Source: Raillietiella orientalis | Lineage: Eukaryota | Direction: 5' to 3' | Assembly (NCBI GenBank): GCA_036172245.1 | Contig: JAYWIR010000021.1 | Span: 3,286,001 to 3,350,000 of the forward strand | Length of the DNA stretch: 64,000 nt | Shown here: positions 13,616-26,878 of the stretch, one piece after another | Layout: every line of letters begins with the position of its first letter | How positions within the stretch are numbered: position 1 is the stretch's first letter | Notes under the pieces: model-generated | Told to the model about the DNA's origin: nothing | Database searches by the model: none | The model's input: only the letters and a program-made list of their open reading frames with translations | Position numbers and translations under genes: made by a program

Positions 13616-16600
13616 TTCGGGACTAAATAGCAATAGAAACAGGAATAACGGTTGTGTTTCGCTTAGCGTTGTGAGGATTTTGTGCATATAAGGGGCAAAT
13701 TGGGGCGATTTTGTAAAGATTGGAAATGATAATGTTGGGAAGGTTAGGGTGTATTTTTTTCTTTCGTTTTGGATGGGGGCAAGTGTAGAAGGGGATGAAT
13801 ATGAGATTTTGATGGTCTCTAGAATTTCTAGGGGGGGTGTGGAATTGTTCGACTGTTGCAGATGGCGAGATTATGGTAATCATTGCTGTCGGTCTCTAAG
13901 TGGTATTGGATGTTAAGTGTAATGGCATTTTTATTGTTGATGACACCCATCGGGTGTAGGGATAAGATGAAGGGTTGTCTGTCGGAGAGTACTGTTTTTG
14001 TAAATAATAAGGCAGTTACATAAACAGCAATGAATGGGGAGGGATGGAGAAGTTGGCAGGGTAAGATACTGTTTGTTGATGTTCTCCGTGTTGCTTCTTG
14101 TGATGGTGGGGGAGGGATGAGCAGTTTGAGTTGATGTCTGGACTTGCAAGGGTTGATCCTTTTTGTGTTTTATGTTTTATCTTTTGAGAGTTGACTGATT
14201 CCTAAGGTAGTGATTGGAACATGATGGGACCATCAAAGGGAGTAAATTGGGGCTCGAGTTATATATGTTTGTGTATACATTTTTTGGATCCCTGTTTTTG
14301 TTTTCTTTTTTTTTTTGACTGATGTGGTTCATTTTGTAAGAGATTTCGGATTAATTGTGGGAATAGTAGAAAGGGAGCTAGGAGATGGAGGGGATGATGT
14401 TAGTCGGGTATTTTTTGGTGAAATTATCAGCATAGGGGGTATATTTGTGGCTGCCTAAGACTCATGTAGAACCTATTTCTTGCGGGGATTATGCTGCAAT
14501 TAAGGTTATGGGTTGGTATGGTTATTTAGGAATTGTAGGTACCGGATTTTAGGGATTCTTTGGTGGGAATTAGGATGGTAGGTGATGTAAGGAGGGTTAA
14601 ATGTGTTTTCGGCAGTTTCAGAGGTAATTGCAGTTTATCCTTCAATTTGTGGTATAATGATAATTGTAAGTGGAAGGATAGTAGGAAGAGAAATGGGAAT
14701 GATAGAGTGTGTGTTGTTAATGGGGTCTCATGGTTATGTATCACTCATTTTATTTTTTTTTGTACGTGTGTTTTGGGGGATGGCAAATATATTTGAGAGG
14801 TGGTATAAAGAAAGGATTGATGGATTTGGAGGGTTGATTAAGGTTTTGTACTTATTTAATACTTTGAGTGCTATGGGCGCATGTATGCGTCCATGTATCA
14901 GCGTGAACTATGGGGCTCACATATGAGTCTGGTAAATGTTTTCACCTTATACAAGCGACACAAGTGAACACTATCAATGCTTGAGATGGACGCATGCACT
15001 TACGTTCTCACAGTTCCCTTGGCAACGACAGCAAACAAAATTATGCTTCCATCGGCTAGCTGTTCTCGTTTTTTCTCCATGTCGTATATAATTTATTATC
15101 TTGTTGTTTTTTATCTTTGTGATACCTAAATAATATATGCTTGTGATAATTTTTAAATAAATAATACATGCTTGTGAAGAACGAAAATATTTTATCCAAT
15201 GTGGTGCTAATAAACAATTACAATAGCAGCTTCGATCAGCACTTCATAAGGTCAGTTGGCACCCCGATGGAGCAGGTGGCACGCGAAAAAGCGTGCCGTC
15301 TAACTGCGACTCGCGTGCCGTCAGCACGAAAGTTTTCAATCTGATGAGCTTCGCACCCAAAGGGTTCGTGTCATCCGTTGCGATTGGGCTCAATTGGGGA
15401 CATTGGTATGTGCATCGAAACGGTAGGTGTAGCAGTTTATGTATTGTTACATTTGGGTGCAGCACTGCATGGACTACAGTATAATCAAATCCTAATATTT
15501 AGGCATGGTTGCGTTAGGAGGGAGTTACAGGATGTATATATGGATAGTTTGACGACCTTTGAGTCAGCGACATTTTTACGTGAGGGTTTAGTAATTCATG
15601 GGTATCCTGAAAGTTGCTAAAATCTTCATGAATGGAGACAATTCATATAAAAGAATAACTGGAATATGGATTTGGTTTAGCAAATTCTTTGCTAATATGC
15701 TGTTCGGGCCCGTAATCGAAGAGCATGATCAACCATATGACACATTACTGTCGTTTGTCTCTATTTTTCACGACTGCTCTGTTCAAGGAATGCTCCATCC
15801 AAATGGAATGTGTGGGATAAACGCTGCGTGATTTACTATCGGTTGCAAAGATACTGCAGGTAAAATGCAATTGAATAGCATTCAATGCTTTCACGTGGGG
15901 AAAAGGGGATTCGTGCATTCGATCTAGGAGACTGGGATGTCAAAACAATTCATCGTACGCAGGATCAGATTTCGTGTCAGAGAAGGGATGTACAGGCTAA
16001 ACCGTGAAGTAGTTGCTTGGAAATCATATTTCGAGAACTTGTAGGTGAGAGAACTTGGGAACTTTACAAAAGTGCCCCCGATGTGATTCCCGGTTTTGGC
16101 TTTTATGCTATGAAACTTGGGGATTTCCTCCACTCCGTTTCCTCATGGGGAGGCCACGATTACACGATGCATTCCTATGATGTACACGCTCGTGACATTT
16201 TCCAGACTTTTTCTTCCTTCCTGCATTTTCAACATTTCTGCTCATCACAGTTGAAGGAAATAGAAAAGCCATTTGAGGCCACAGTCATCGCCGCAGCTCT
16301 CGACGCCTCCAGTCACAACGCTATGAGGTTCTCACGTGTACCACAAGCTGGCATTGTATACTCAAGAGCGGCAAAAGTTATTGATTAAGCTGATTTGCTG
16401 GGAAGCAATGATGAAGCCTGTGCTTCATTCAGACTTGATTATACTTTTAAATTGCGATAACTGCCTAAAAACAATACAGAATTGCTTTAGGCGCGACAGT
16501 TGACTACGAACTTAACTAAGAACGAACGGTTAAAAAACTTCGTGGGATGAAGAACAGAAATTCCTCGGTTGATTAGAAGATCACATTTGACCAGGAAACC

Positions 16601-19074
16601 CGAAAATTAGGTACGGTAAGTATCCGGAAACAATTCATGTAAGGAGAACTCAAGCATGCTGATGCAAATCTTTATCCATTATTTAAACAAGTAATTCCGC
16701 TTAATCTTTTTTGAAAGCTGGTGTTGAGCTGTGGAAGAAAAAAAGAGCTAAAAAAGTGTTTCAGTTTCTTCTCTGATGGTTCATTATGGGTATATCCATG
16801 ATTAACCATTAGAGAATTACGAAAATCTCAACTGAGCTCTAGAGAAGCGCAGAAAGGTAGGACTGAGCATTTTGGGAAGAAAGGGTCACAATTTACGTGT
16901 ATCAGTTAATTTAAGAAGATAATCGAAAGCCTCACTAGGAGTAGGTCCACTGTCTTTTTCCAGAGGAAGTACTTTCCCTCCTTCCATGCATTTCATTTTG
17001 AAGGGTGGAGATTTAGCCTTACTAATATGCGAATTCGTAGAGTGAAGACCAAAGCATGATGTAAGGAAAGATGTTTGCGTTTCAAAACTCTGTTTAGACG
17101 AGTGTGCTCTCTTGTGTGTGCTTTATTCTAACATAAGATCACTAGTATTCTAAAGTTTCGACTTAAAAGTTACTTGGGGAATTCGAAGATGCAGTTCCTA
17201 GCATGCTAACAGGTGCTCACCTTGTCCAGGATCTTGCGCAGGATCTAAGCTGCAAACGTTGCACCGAAGGTCTTAAAAGTTTGCAACTACAATTTCACAA
17301 GTCCTCTGACTAGAGAAAGAGAGGAAAGTGCGTATCTTTTAACGTTCTGCCTTGTGCACAAAGCCCAAAGTGGTCCACCAATCGTCTCTGGGGATGCAAG
17401 AAAATCCAGAGAAACGCGTGCAAGGGATTCCTTAGCACGAGTTCGGTTAAGGTGCCAAGGTGGAATCCCCGCGATCCGCAACAAGATCAAAAGCTGCCGT
17501 GGCAGCATCTCGTTGCTACAAAAGGATGTCGGACAAGCATTACAAGGTCACCGACGTCCACCCCAACAGGCACTTGTGCGTGGGCTCGAAGAAGCGTTGG
17601 TCTGCAGAGTCGTGATCACATCCGAATCCGAGATGCTTAGAGGATTACTGAGGGATTGCCCACTCGTTATGCCTATATGGATGGGATAGCAGCTAGGCAT
17701 GGCACCCGAGACTTGGTCACGTGTTTCTGCGCATTACCTCCTTCACTGTCTGCCATGTCGGAGAAGCCACACATCCAGCTGATCTTTACTGCTTACTGAT
17801 TAAAGTGACCTAGGAGCCTCCTATTCTAGCAGGTTTTCCGGGAAAGAAAGAAAGAAAAAAAAGATAGCATTCTCCGGTCTCTACACCTTTGACTCTAGTT
17901 ACCGCATGTGAAGAGGGGATTCCCGAGATAGGTGCCATCGACACCGCGAGATCCTTCACTGTGCAGAAGTCCACCACTGCCCAGACGAGGGGATGGGAGA
18001 TATCGCTTTGCTCATCAGGACGGTGGTGGCACAAACATGACCCGAAACGGGTGAAGATGAGCTGATTTCTTGAAGTAAGTGACGGCAGAAGAGTTTGTTG
18101 GAAGTTGGAGCAACCTTCCCTCTGGAATCAGGTGCCGTGGGTTCACACCTTGAAGAATGAGCTGCGGGTGCTCAAGGAGCACACGGTTCCCCGCTCAAGA
18201 ACCAGACGGTGCTTTGATCCCGCGTCCACCATCCGAATCTGCGGCTCCAAAAGACCTGCGAGCCGGAAGACAATGCAGCTTGGAGGAAGCCTCCAGGCGG
18301 TCCAAGCGGCACTTAGCTCCTCGAAAGAGGTACGCGAGTTTCCGCCTGGCTCACAAACAGGGTAATAAGGTGGCGCATTCGAAATTCTCGATCTATCATT
18401 GAAGCATGGAAATCCACGCGTGTGGCGGCTTTGGACTCCCAACTGGACTGCCCATAGGTGGACAGGGAGTGGACGCTAACAGTGAAGAAATCCCTCGAAG
18501 GGTGAGATTTTCGTCTTGGAAAGGCTAGAGGAGGGTAATTCACATGGAGTTTTTATTACCTTGAAAACCACTTGGAAAACGACGAGAGAACTGGAGTCGG
18601 CAGACTCCTCGAAGATGCTGTGGCTCTGCAGCCATCTGGAGCAGAGCAGTTCCTGGTGGGAAAAGCTTCTTGGGCACCCACGGAAGAAAGGACTGGAGAA
18701 TGCTCAAGGAATCTGATTTTCTGATTTCAAGGACTTGGAGCTTCGGCCGACAGGGAGCATAGTCTGGGGGTCACTCTGGGCAAAGGGAAGCCGTCGTTAC
18801 CAAAGCGGGTGGGATCGAGCGTGCTCAGGAACCCTTCCGTGGAGGACAAGAACTAAGCATCCGAATATCTGAGGCAGGCTACTGGTCTCCAGGAGGCTGG
18901 AAGCTTCTAGACGACATAAGAAGACTAAAACAAAATGGAGAAGGAGGACTTGTGATGGCAGCGAAGAAGCTTGCTTGGCCTGTTCTGGAAGACTCGACCA
19001 GCCTCTGCAGCTTCCATCTGGTCGCGAGATTCCTTCAGATGCCGCTTATTTTAGAGATTAGAGGAATTGAATTG

Positions 19075-19310
19075 GACAGAACCCGATGGAATACAAGTCG
19101 CAGGCGTATTGTAGGGCAGCCCGCACGTCAAATGTACATCCATCTCTCTATGTCACATTACTGCACCTAAGTCCAAGCATACAGCCATGATATGACTGTT
19201 GCCTCCATTAGTCTCGACAGTCCAAAAATCAACGCCAAATCGCCCTGGGAATTTTGCTTGACGATCACGTTATCTGCACTAATATCCCAGAATGAAACGC
19301 ATACTCTGCT
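19075..19310 (-). pseudogene. Possible protein kinase catalytic-domain remnant
   Basis: The minus strand reads 'WDISADNVIVKQNSQGDLALIFGLSRLME', resembling subdomains VIb-VII (HRDIxxxN...DFGLSR) with the DFG Asp missing. About 40 codons later, in another frame, 'YACDLYSIGFC' resembles subdomain IX (DxWSxG). Stops lie between the two. Confidence 0.4.
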
Positions 19311-20391
19311 TGAAACAAACAACATTCTGTGATACAAGCACAAACAAAAAAAAAAGCATGTCGAAGAAAACAGAAGCAAATGCGAATCAATAAGCTCCTG
19401 TGTTGATATCAGTGTTGTACATCGCAAGAGAGACTCAGGACACTGATTATTCCACCACACCCGCTCTCTCCGAAGGCAGGGTTTTCTACCTCACCTGTTT
19501 CTCCGTTCTCAATTTACCACTTGATATTTTGAAGGGGTCGATAATCACAAGCTGCTTGACATCAACTTGTGGTACGGACCGAAGTCACAATACGCAACAG
19601 GGAACATCCCCACCTGGATTTCGAAAGTTAGAGGTTCGATAGCATTCACGCAAAAAATACCACCCTTAACGGCACATTTCCAAACACACAGCCTGAAGAA
19701 CTCGCCCGTAGCGTCACATCTCCGATTTCATGCAGTTCACACAGGAACTATTTAAAGAAATGATTTTTCGAGAAAACATTCTTTCCTCTCAGTTGGTACA
19801 TGCTTACGAGTCATGAAGGCATTTCGTGTACGAAAGACAGGATAGCGTGTTGCAGTGTGCAACATCGGAAGCTCCACTTTCATGAGGCCAAGGCAGATTG
19901 CATATGATGGACAACATCATTTAGGGCAAGACACATGACCCAACTCAGTTCCCAAACAGCTGTGATTCGTGTTTAATAAAAAGTAGCCGCAGAAGAAACA
20001 TAACTGAGGACGACTGATAAGACCCACAATAGAGGAAAACACGAAAATCCGAGCGGACTTAGTGACCTCCTGCAACGGGAGATAAATGTATGCATGAGAG
20101 AAGCCACTTCTACAAGAACGCACCCCAAATTATTTCGTTCAGAAGGGTTTAGGAATAAGAGACTGGAAAACGCTCCACAGAGGATTCTCTAATAATTTGC
20201 ATGACGGGATTAGATCCTACCTTAATCCACGGCAAAATGCATTCACCACAAGTCCTTCTGCACAGCGTTTGCATTTTTCCAACATGCATAACTCTAAGAG
20301 ATATCTGACACGATGCATTTTTGAAAGAACACTTTGCGACTGCTTCGAGTGATTGAAAATCGTACAAAAAATAATTTCATTTAGAGGTGGT

Positions 20392-21175
20392 TTAACACTT
20401 CGACTGCCACGCCGGATTTGCACGATGCTCTCCGGGAGCCACAAGAGAATCTTCGTCATTCTAAGCGTGTAATGACAAAATAATAGGAAATGTGGCTACG
20501 CAAGATCACGCCCTTATCCACAGTGCGTCTGTCTTGCCGGTGGTCACGGGTGACCCCTTGGTGCACCCTTGATCCCTTCTTTTGGACATTTTCTTACCAG
20601 TACAAGAAAGCGACCGTCTACGGCGTTCACGTGACATGGTGTACACACCTTGGAAGGAATCGTAGCAACCGCAGCAACCCTTCATTTCTTTTTACAAATG
20701 CGTCCTCATTAGTTGGGGTGGCAAGGATCGTAAAATTTCCGAGGAAGCGTTGCGCAGGACATTGGTAAACAGGGTTTGCTCGTTTCCATAATAATAAGGG
20801 ATGCGCACCCTCCTGCCTTCTACCTCATTTTACGATTATAGAGCGGTATTTACGATTATTTTGTAAAGTCTGTTTATAATAATCTTCGCAGACTGCTCCT
20901 CAGAGATATGGAGACAAATGATGACCGGCCCCATTTACGCCTAAGATAATGTTTTAATACAGTGCACCGCGCTTGATTTTTGTAACCCAATACGTCATGT
21001 TTTAATTAAAATCTTTAGTTGCATTGAATGATGCATTTTTTTTATTTCAAAATATTGCCTTGTTAGCTATGATGTTCAGAAATTTTTTGGTTGACGATAT
21101 TCGTTTTGTTTTAATTATTCTAAACATTGGAGGCACTCCGGTCACTGATGACCAGCGTGGCAGTCAACGTGTTAA
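20392..21175. mobile_element. Non-autonomous piggyBac-like element (MITE), 776 bp between TTAA duplications
   Basis: TTAA (20392-20395) is followed by CACTTCGACTGCCACGCCGG. At the other end CCAGCGTGGCAGTCAACGTG is followed by TTAA (21172-21175). The terminal inverted repeats match at 17/20 positions. A TTAA target duplication is the piggyBac hallmark. No transposase ORF inside. Confidence 0.8.
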
Positions 21176-23737
21176 GGAACGTCTACACAGTGCAAATGGA
21201 CAACATTTTGATACGAATACATTACTCTGAATTGAAGATTAAAACTAAAATGGCTATGTAGATTAATGAAAATTCAATCAATACAAAGCTCAAAGTACAG
21301 AGGAGAAATAAGCGGTACCACATGAAACCCCAAACCCCCAAAATTAAATTGCTGAAGTCACTAGGCGTGTTTCCTTCAAATCATATGGATTTTGGATTTC
21401 AGTTTAACAGTGGTGTACTAGAGATCCTGTAATGCCAAATTCCAAGAAGAGAGACTTGGCATCGAGTTGAATGCAGATCCGTTTTATTTACAATGAAATG
21501 GGTCCACTGCCCACCATCCTACCCATTGCGACTCTTGACAAGAAGCTGATTTCCTTGACATTACAACGCTGGGTTTGTACACAAAAACGAAATGAATATC
21601 AGTACTGAAACCAATACTGCAAGCATCCTCATGTATCAATTGCAACTGATGCTCGCAGAATTGCTGGTCCATAAGTAAATGAGTTTGAAATCGGAATCCT
21701 CTATTTTTTTCCCCTTCTTCTTTTCTTCCTAGCATCCTACTCTACTCCACTTTTGTCTGTTTTTGACTGATGTGTTTAACTGACGGCAGTGATGAAAATG
21801 CCATCCTCTCCCAATCAACAGTTTGGACGACTAAACCAAACGAGCAGGGCGACCGAAATCCACATCGTGAGATGCAACAAGTGGAACTCTCTACTCGCCC
21901 ACGTTGCCAATGGAAACCGACTGCGTGTGCGTGAGCACATTTCAACAGGTAATTTCCAAAATCATTCTGGTTCCTTTCTGCAGCTTTCTTTTCGGCGTGA
22001 AAGTGTGGCCTGGAAACTGAAGCTGCAAGCGGAATCTTTCGAATATGGAGCAGCAAGGTCATCTGCTCCAAGCTTTTTGTGACCTTCCGGAGATGCCGGG
22101 ATTAAGTTCCTGGAAAGATCCACTGGCTGCGTAACCAGACGAGGAAATCCAAAGGCGGTTGCTGCAGAGAGGATCTACCATACAATTATAGATCAAGTTT
22201 TTATTTAATGATCCAAGACTGTTGCGTATTTCAAAGGTGTGATGTGCACTTATTATTGTAGATTATTTTTTTTCCTGGTATGTTTATTTATTTATGGTTT
22301 TGAATTGATCGTTCATTTGTGGGAACCAAAGAAACTACACAAACAAGCCACAGATTAGAGGGTTCCTTCACAAGACCCAGATTATATTGCACTTTCCAGA
22401 CGAGACCACGAACGTGCTCTAATACATACACTAGCAAGCATCGCTAATGAAAATTATAGAACATGACCTGTGAGAATTATAGGCCAGATGAACCATCAGG
22501 TCAGACTACGTCATCACAGCAATGCGGATCTCATGATTCTCAAAGTTTACAGATGAATGCCCTATGGTCACATTTTCACAGGGAGAGAACAATATCAAGG
22601 CTGCAAATGAAAGCTCTCAAGAAATGCATCACAAAACAAGAAGTAGTCACGGAGCCACATGAAATTACAAAAGGATAATCGAGAATCGGCTCCGTTCCCA
22701 AGTAACTTATTTGGTTGACTTCTTTCAGTGGGCACTTTATCCAGTGCCATGGAAACTCTGACCAGGTAAGATTCGAACAAAAAGCCTTATTTTTTTGAAA
22801 TCTCCGAATGCAAACCTCGCGATGCCCGGAAGCCTTTCAAAGCGTCACAACGAAATATGAGGCACAAAGAAAAGAATACGCACGTAAATTGGAAAATAAC
22901 ATCCCCAGCTGGAGATGTTTTCTCCATTACGGACATCTTCCGCAAACACGGGGGGACGTAAGACATGACGAAGCCTCAGAAACAGGATACAGGGATTTGT
23001 TTTTTTTTAAAGAAAAAAAAAAAAAGAAACGAAATTCAGATTTACCGAGAAACTGCGCAAAAAAAACCTGTGGATCGAAAGGAATGTTTTTTTTTTTTTT
23101 TCCCCTCCTCTCAATGCATGAGCGCCAAGCAATTAATAAATGAAACGGCTTTATGCTGCATTTACTGGCTCCAAGGTCGAATGCACGAACATAAATACTC
23201 ATGGAAACGTGGCCAAGAAGGGTGCTCAGCTGCAAGTACCAGCATCACATGGCCTAATACAGGTGAGCTAAGAGTGATACTCTTTCTTCTGGATAAGTGA
23301 ACTGCATATGCAAGTCACGTAACCATTGGGTGCTCACCGAGTGGCACACCTGCTGCTGGGTGCTTCCTCCTTGCATGGTTGCAAGAAGGAGGCACCAGAT
23401 CACGTGATCAGCTGAACACCCGAGATCCGATACCGAAATATAAACATTTGGAATTCCATCCTCGTTGGGGGCTAGCACGTAGAATGAATCCAGCAAATCC
23501 GTGGAGAGTTGCAACTGTTTTCTAAGGTGGTACCCGGAAACCTCTCGTTTGCGCCGACAAGAGAAAAAAAAAAAAAAAAACGACAAAAAGTAGGAGATGA
23601 ACCTCAAAGAAATGAACCTCTTTGTGAGACATGCTTATTCAACCAGTTTTCACTTGATGGTGCAAATCTGCATCCTCCGCTTGAAGTTCGAGTAGCGTCC
23701 GACGAATTCTGGCTCTCTTCGCCACGTGCGATGTCAT

Positions 23738-23790
23738 CGCTTTGACCACAGAGCTCTTTACCGCTTTGGCCACAGAGCTCTTTACCGCTT
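23738..23790. repeat. 24-bp tandem duplication (2.2 copies)
   Basis: CGCTTTG(A/G)CCACAGAGCTCTTTAC at 23738 and 23762. Confidence 0.9.
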
Positions 23791-25658
23791 CTTGCCCACT
23801 TCAAAGCTCTGAATCTTGAAATCGAGAGAAACACACCCTACCAGCGGCTCGTCCTCAACAGATTGCACTCCAAGAAAGAATGGCTGCAGAGTTCACACCT
23901 GGGGACCTTTTCGGCTCGCAGAACTCCCAGACTTTGCAAAGAGCTCTTTTGGAAGCCCCTCAATGCCGCGAATGCTGGAAACTCACGTGCCCGAGAAGAC
24001 TTCGTGGCTTTCAGAGTACTCCTCCTACGTAAAATCAATACCCAGACCGGTACCACACACAAAAAGTACATTTTTCGTGGCATGCATTCGAAAAACAGGC
24101 ACACCATGCTTTTCACAGTTCAACATACGCAAACGCCTTTCTAGTTGACCGTACAAGGTTTCGTATTGGATAGGATACTTCGAATCTGTATATGCATCCT
24201 CGAGTATAAACAAATCCATTTTTTTCCTCGGGTAAGGCCATTTTAAAGGCACACTTCCACACATCACCTGGAATGCAACTACCCTGCAACTGAAAATGGA
24301 TTCTGAAATTAAGAAAAATCATTGGTTGTGTAATAAAAAAAGGCCGGATAAAAACGAAGAGTGCCCCAAGAACTCGGATACTGAAAACACTCCGACATGC
24401 ATTGAATGTAAGTGTACAAAATTTTCGATGACCTGTATACGCAAAGAATCTTGTAAGCAAGCTTCTCGACCTTTTGGCTAGGATCAAAGCATCTAATTGC
24501 ATGAAATAAAAATAATTTTGGGGTCTTGAATTCACGGGTCCTACCTACAAAGTTCTCGGATTAAGTACAATTTAATCTTTGACTGCACTTATGACTGCAT
24601 TGTAACACTAATTTTGAGCGTCTTTATTAGTACTAGCTCTGCATACTTTCACTTGGAAATTATCTCTCAAAAATTTTGTTTTCCACATACTTGCAGCAAG
24701 CGCTCACGGTGATACTGATGTTGAAGCTTTAAGGCTTTCTCGATATGATAATCCTTATATACAAGTAAGTAAATGTACAATTTGTTCTTATATTCATAGA
24801 TCCTTCTTCTGCAATCAAAAAACCTCAGCATGGAAAATAATATAAATCAGCACTCGAGATCTATGCTTATTATTTCACGCAAAGTTGCATCAATAAGCAA
24901 ATTAACAACTTTACCTAAATATAAATATCAGATAGTTATGGCAAAACGTTTTACCAAAGAATAAAATTATGTAAACCACACCACTGGTGTTATTTTTACC
25001 ACACAGTTCTTTTCAGTACAAGCTATCTACGAGGGAGGATTTATTTCTTTGTCTCAATGAAGGGAAACAAAACAAAAACGTGGATAAGCAAAGTTTAATG
25101 GAGGAAGATGTGAGTTTCAAGATATCCACTAAATTGCTGCTTAACATTAATGCAGAACAAAGTAGGGCCAGATCCTCTGAATTCACCAGGAGCTCACGCC
25201 CATTTAATCCGCAGTCCACCTCCTGTTAACATGGATGTGAGCAGTCAGAAAATGTGGTACACTTCCTTCTTTTCTCCTTCTCTCCGAAGAGTCTTAGTGA
25301 GTTGCAATTTGCCCCTCAGTTACACATGCACTGTAATAGAGAATGGGAAAAGATAACACAAGGATCACATCTGTGTCTACATGTAGCACCATGGACTTTT
25401 TGGATAACAGATCGCCTAGAAATACAATAGTTCCAGTTCCTTCAGGTAAAACTGTTAATTTTTTAACTCTCAGAAATGCAACAGCCCAAATATCTACCAA
25501 GATTGTTACACAAGCTATGTGCAAAGCATGTACTCAGCACCAATAGCAAATATGGACCACCAATCTCAAAAGACAACTGGGAGGCATTCTTTCCCTTTAG
25601 CTAAGAACGTCTGATAAAAGAATGGTTTTATCTGAGATTTATTGAGTCTATATTATCT

Positions 25659-26878
25659 TTACTGCAATTTACTGAAGTACTGTTTAGCTTCAACAGGATT
25701 TGGTTTGATGGCAGGAGAATCTGGAGTCCAATTGGCTGGACAAACTGAATGCATATTATTATCAAAAGTGTCTGGATGCAAACAAAGTTTTTTTGTTTTA
25801 CCTTCTCCATGCTTAGCTGTAAATTGAAAAGCTTTGATGAGCCTCAAAGTTTCATCTATGGATCTGCCCACTGGGAGATCATTAATAGTGATTTGTCGTA
25901 GAATCCCTTCTGGATCAATTATGAAGAGTCCTCTTAAGGCAATACCTTCTTTTTCAAGTAATACTCCATAAGAACGAGATATTTCTTTGTTGTAATCAGA
26001 CAACAAAGGGTAATGCAAATCACCTAGACCTCCTGACTATGGATAAATAAAAAACATGAAAATCAATATGAATTAACAGAAAAGTACTACCAGATTAGTA
26101 AATGTGGCATTTCCAAAAAATCTATAATGAGAATACAGAGAACAGAAACACAACATAAAACTTATCAAATATAAAAACTACTTGCGCAGTAACACATAAA
26201 TTAGATCATATCTTTAAAACAAATTAGTTATGTTAATTAATTCGGTATGCTGTCTGAAAACCATTAATTCCTACTTACTATGACTGTTCACAAGTTTTGT
26301 AGACTTCTCTAAGTTTAAGCTACACATAAATCCATGCAAATAAAATTGACATGCAGTGACACCAACACACACTTATCAATTACAAACAAATTAACCATAG
26401 ATATATTAACACATTGTATTCTATGATAGCCTACAATCATTCAAGTAAAAACCTTACAATTTCCTTACTCAAACATGGTTACATTAAATTGTTCAGAAAC
26501 AAGCTTTATTTTACATACATTAAAATAAATATTATGTATTAAATTGCCAACCTGTCTTGGTGTGTTAATCCATGCAAGATGACTGTAATGGGAATCTGTT
26601 GAAACTCCTACTACTTCAGCATCTATATCTCTGAAGTCCTTGATTCGATCACTAAATGCAATTATTTCTGTTGGGCAAACAAAAGTGCTATAATGATGTC
26701 ATTTATTCTATAGTTCAGATTACTATGCTCACTTACAAATCTAATGGATAAAAAAATAAGACAAGGTATTTCCCTTTAAAACTTGATAAACTGATTTCCT
26801 TAAATTGTTTATCTACAACAGCTTGCCCTGTAAAATTTGGTGCTGGCTGTCTAACAAATGGCGCAGCAAGAAAACTTT
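25659..26878 (-). CDS. PRDX: Typical 2-Cys peroxiredoxin (AhpC/Prx1 subfamily), multi-exon; first coding exon not located
   Basis: Exons 26878-26737, 26687-26552, 26036-25802 and 25744-25659 are joined by GT-AG introns of 49, 515 and 57 nt. The spliced protein reads ...[51 protein letters not shown]...[31 protein letters not shown]...[50 protein letters not shown]...QYFSKLQ*. Both VCP motifs plus GGLG and YF are present, with no stops. An acceptor AG at 26879-26880 implies an upstream exon, possibly a targeting peptide. Confidence 0.95.

Noticed and set aside
15326..15421. CTGATGAG with nearby CGAAA(C) as a hammerhead ribozyme
   Set aside because: Stems I-III cannot be formed in either permutation.
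19567..19600. 'WYGPK' resembling a vesiculovirus G fusion loop
   Set aside because: Five-residue match without the surrounding cysteine pattern.
21480..25550. Short ORFs that might be host exons
   Set aside because: No recognisable domain, and I could not build a consistent splice model.
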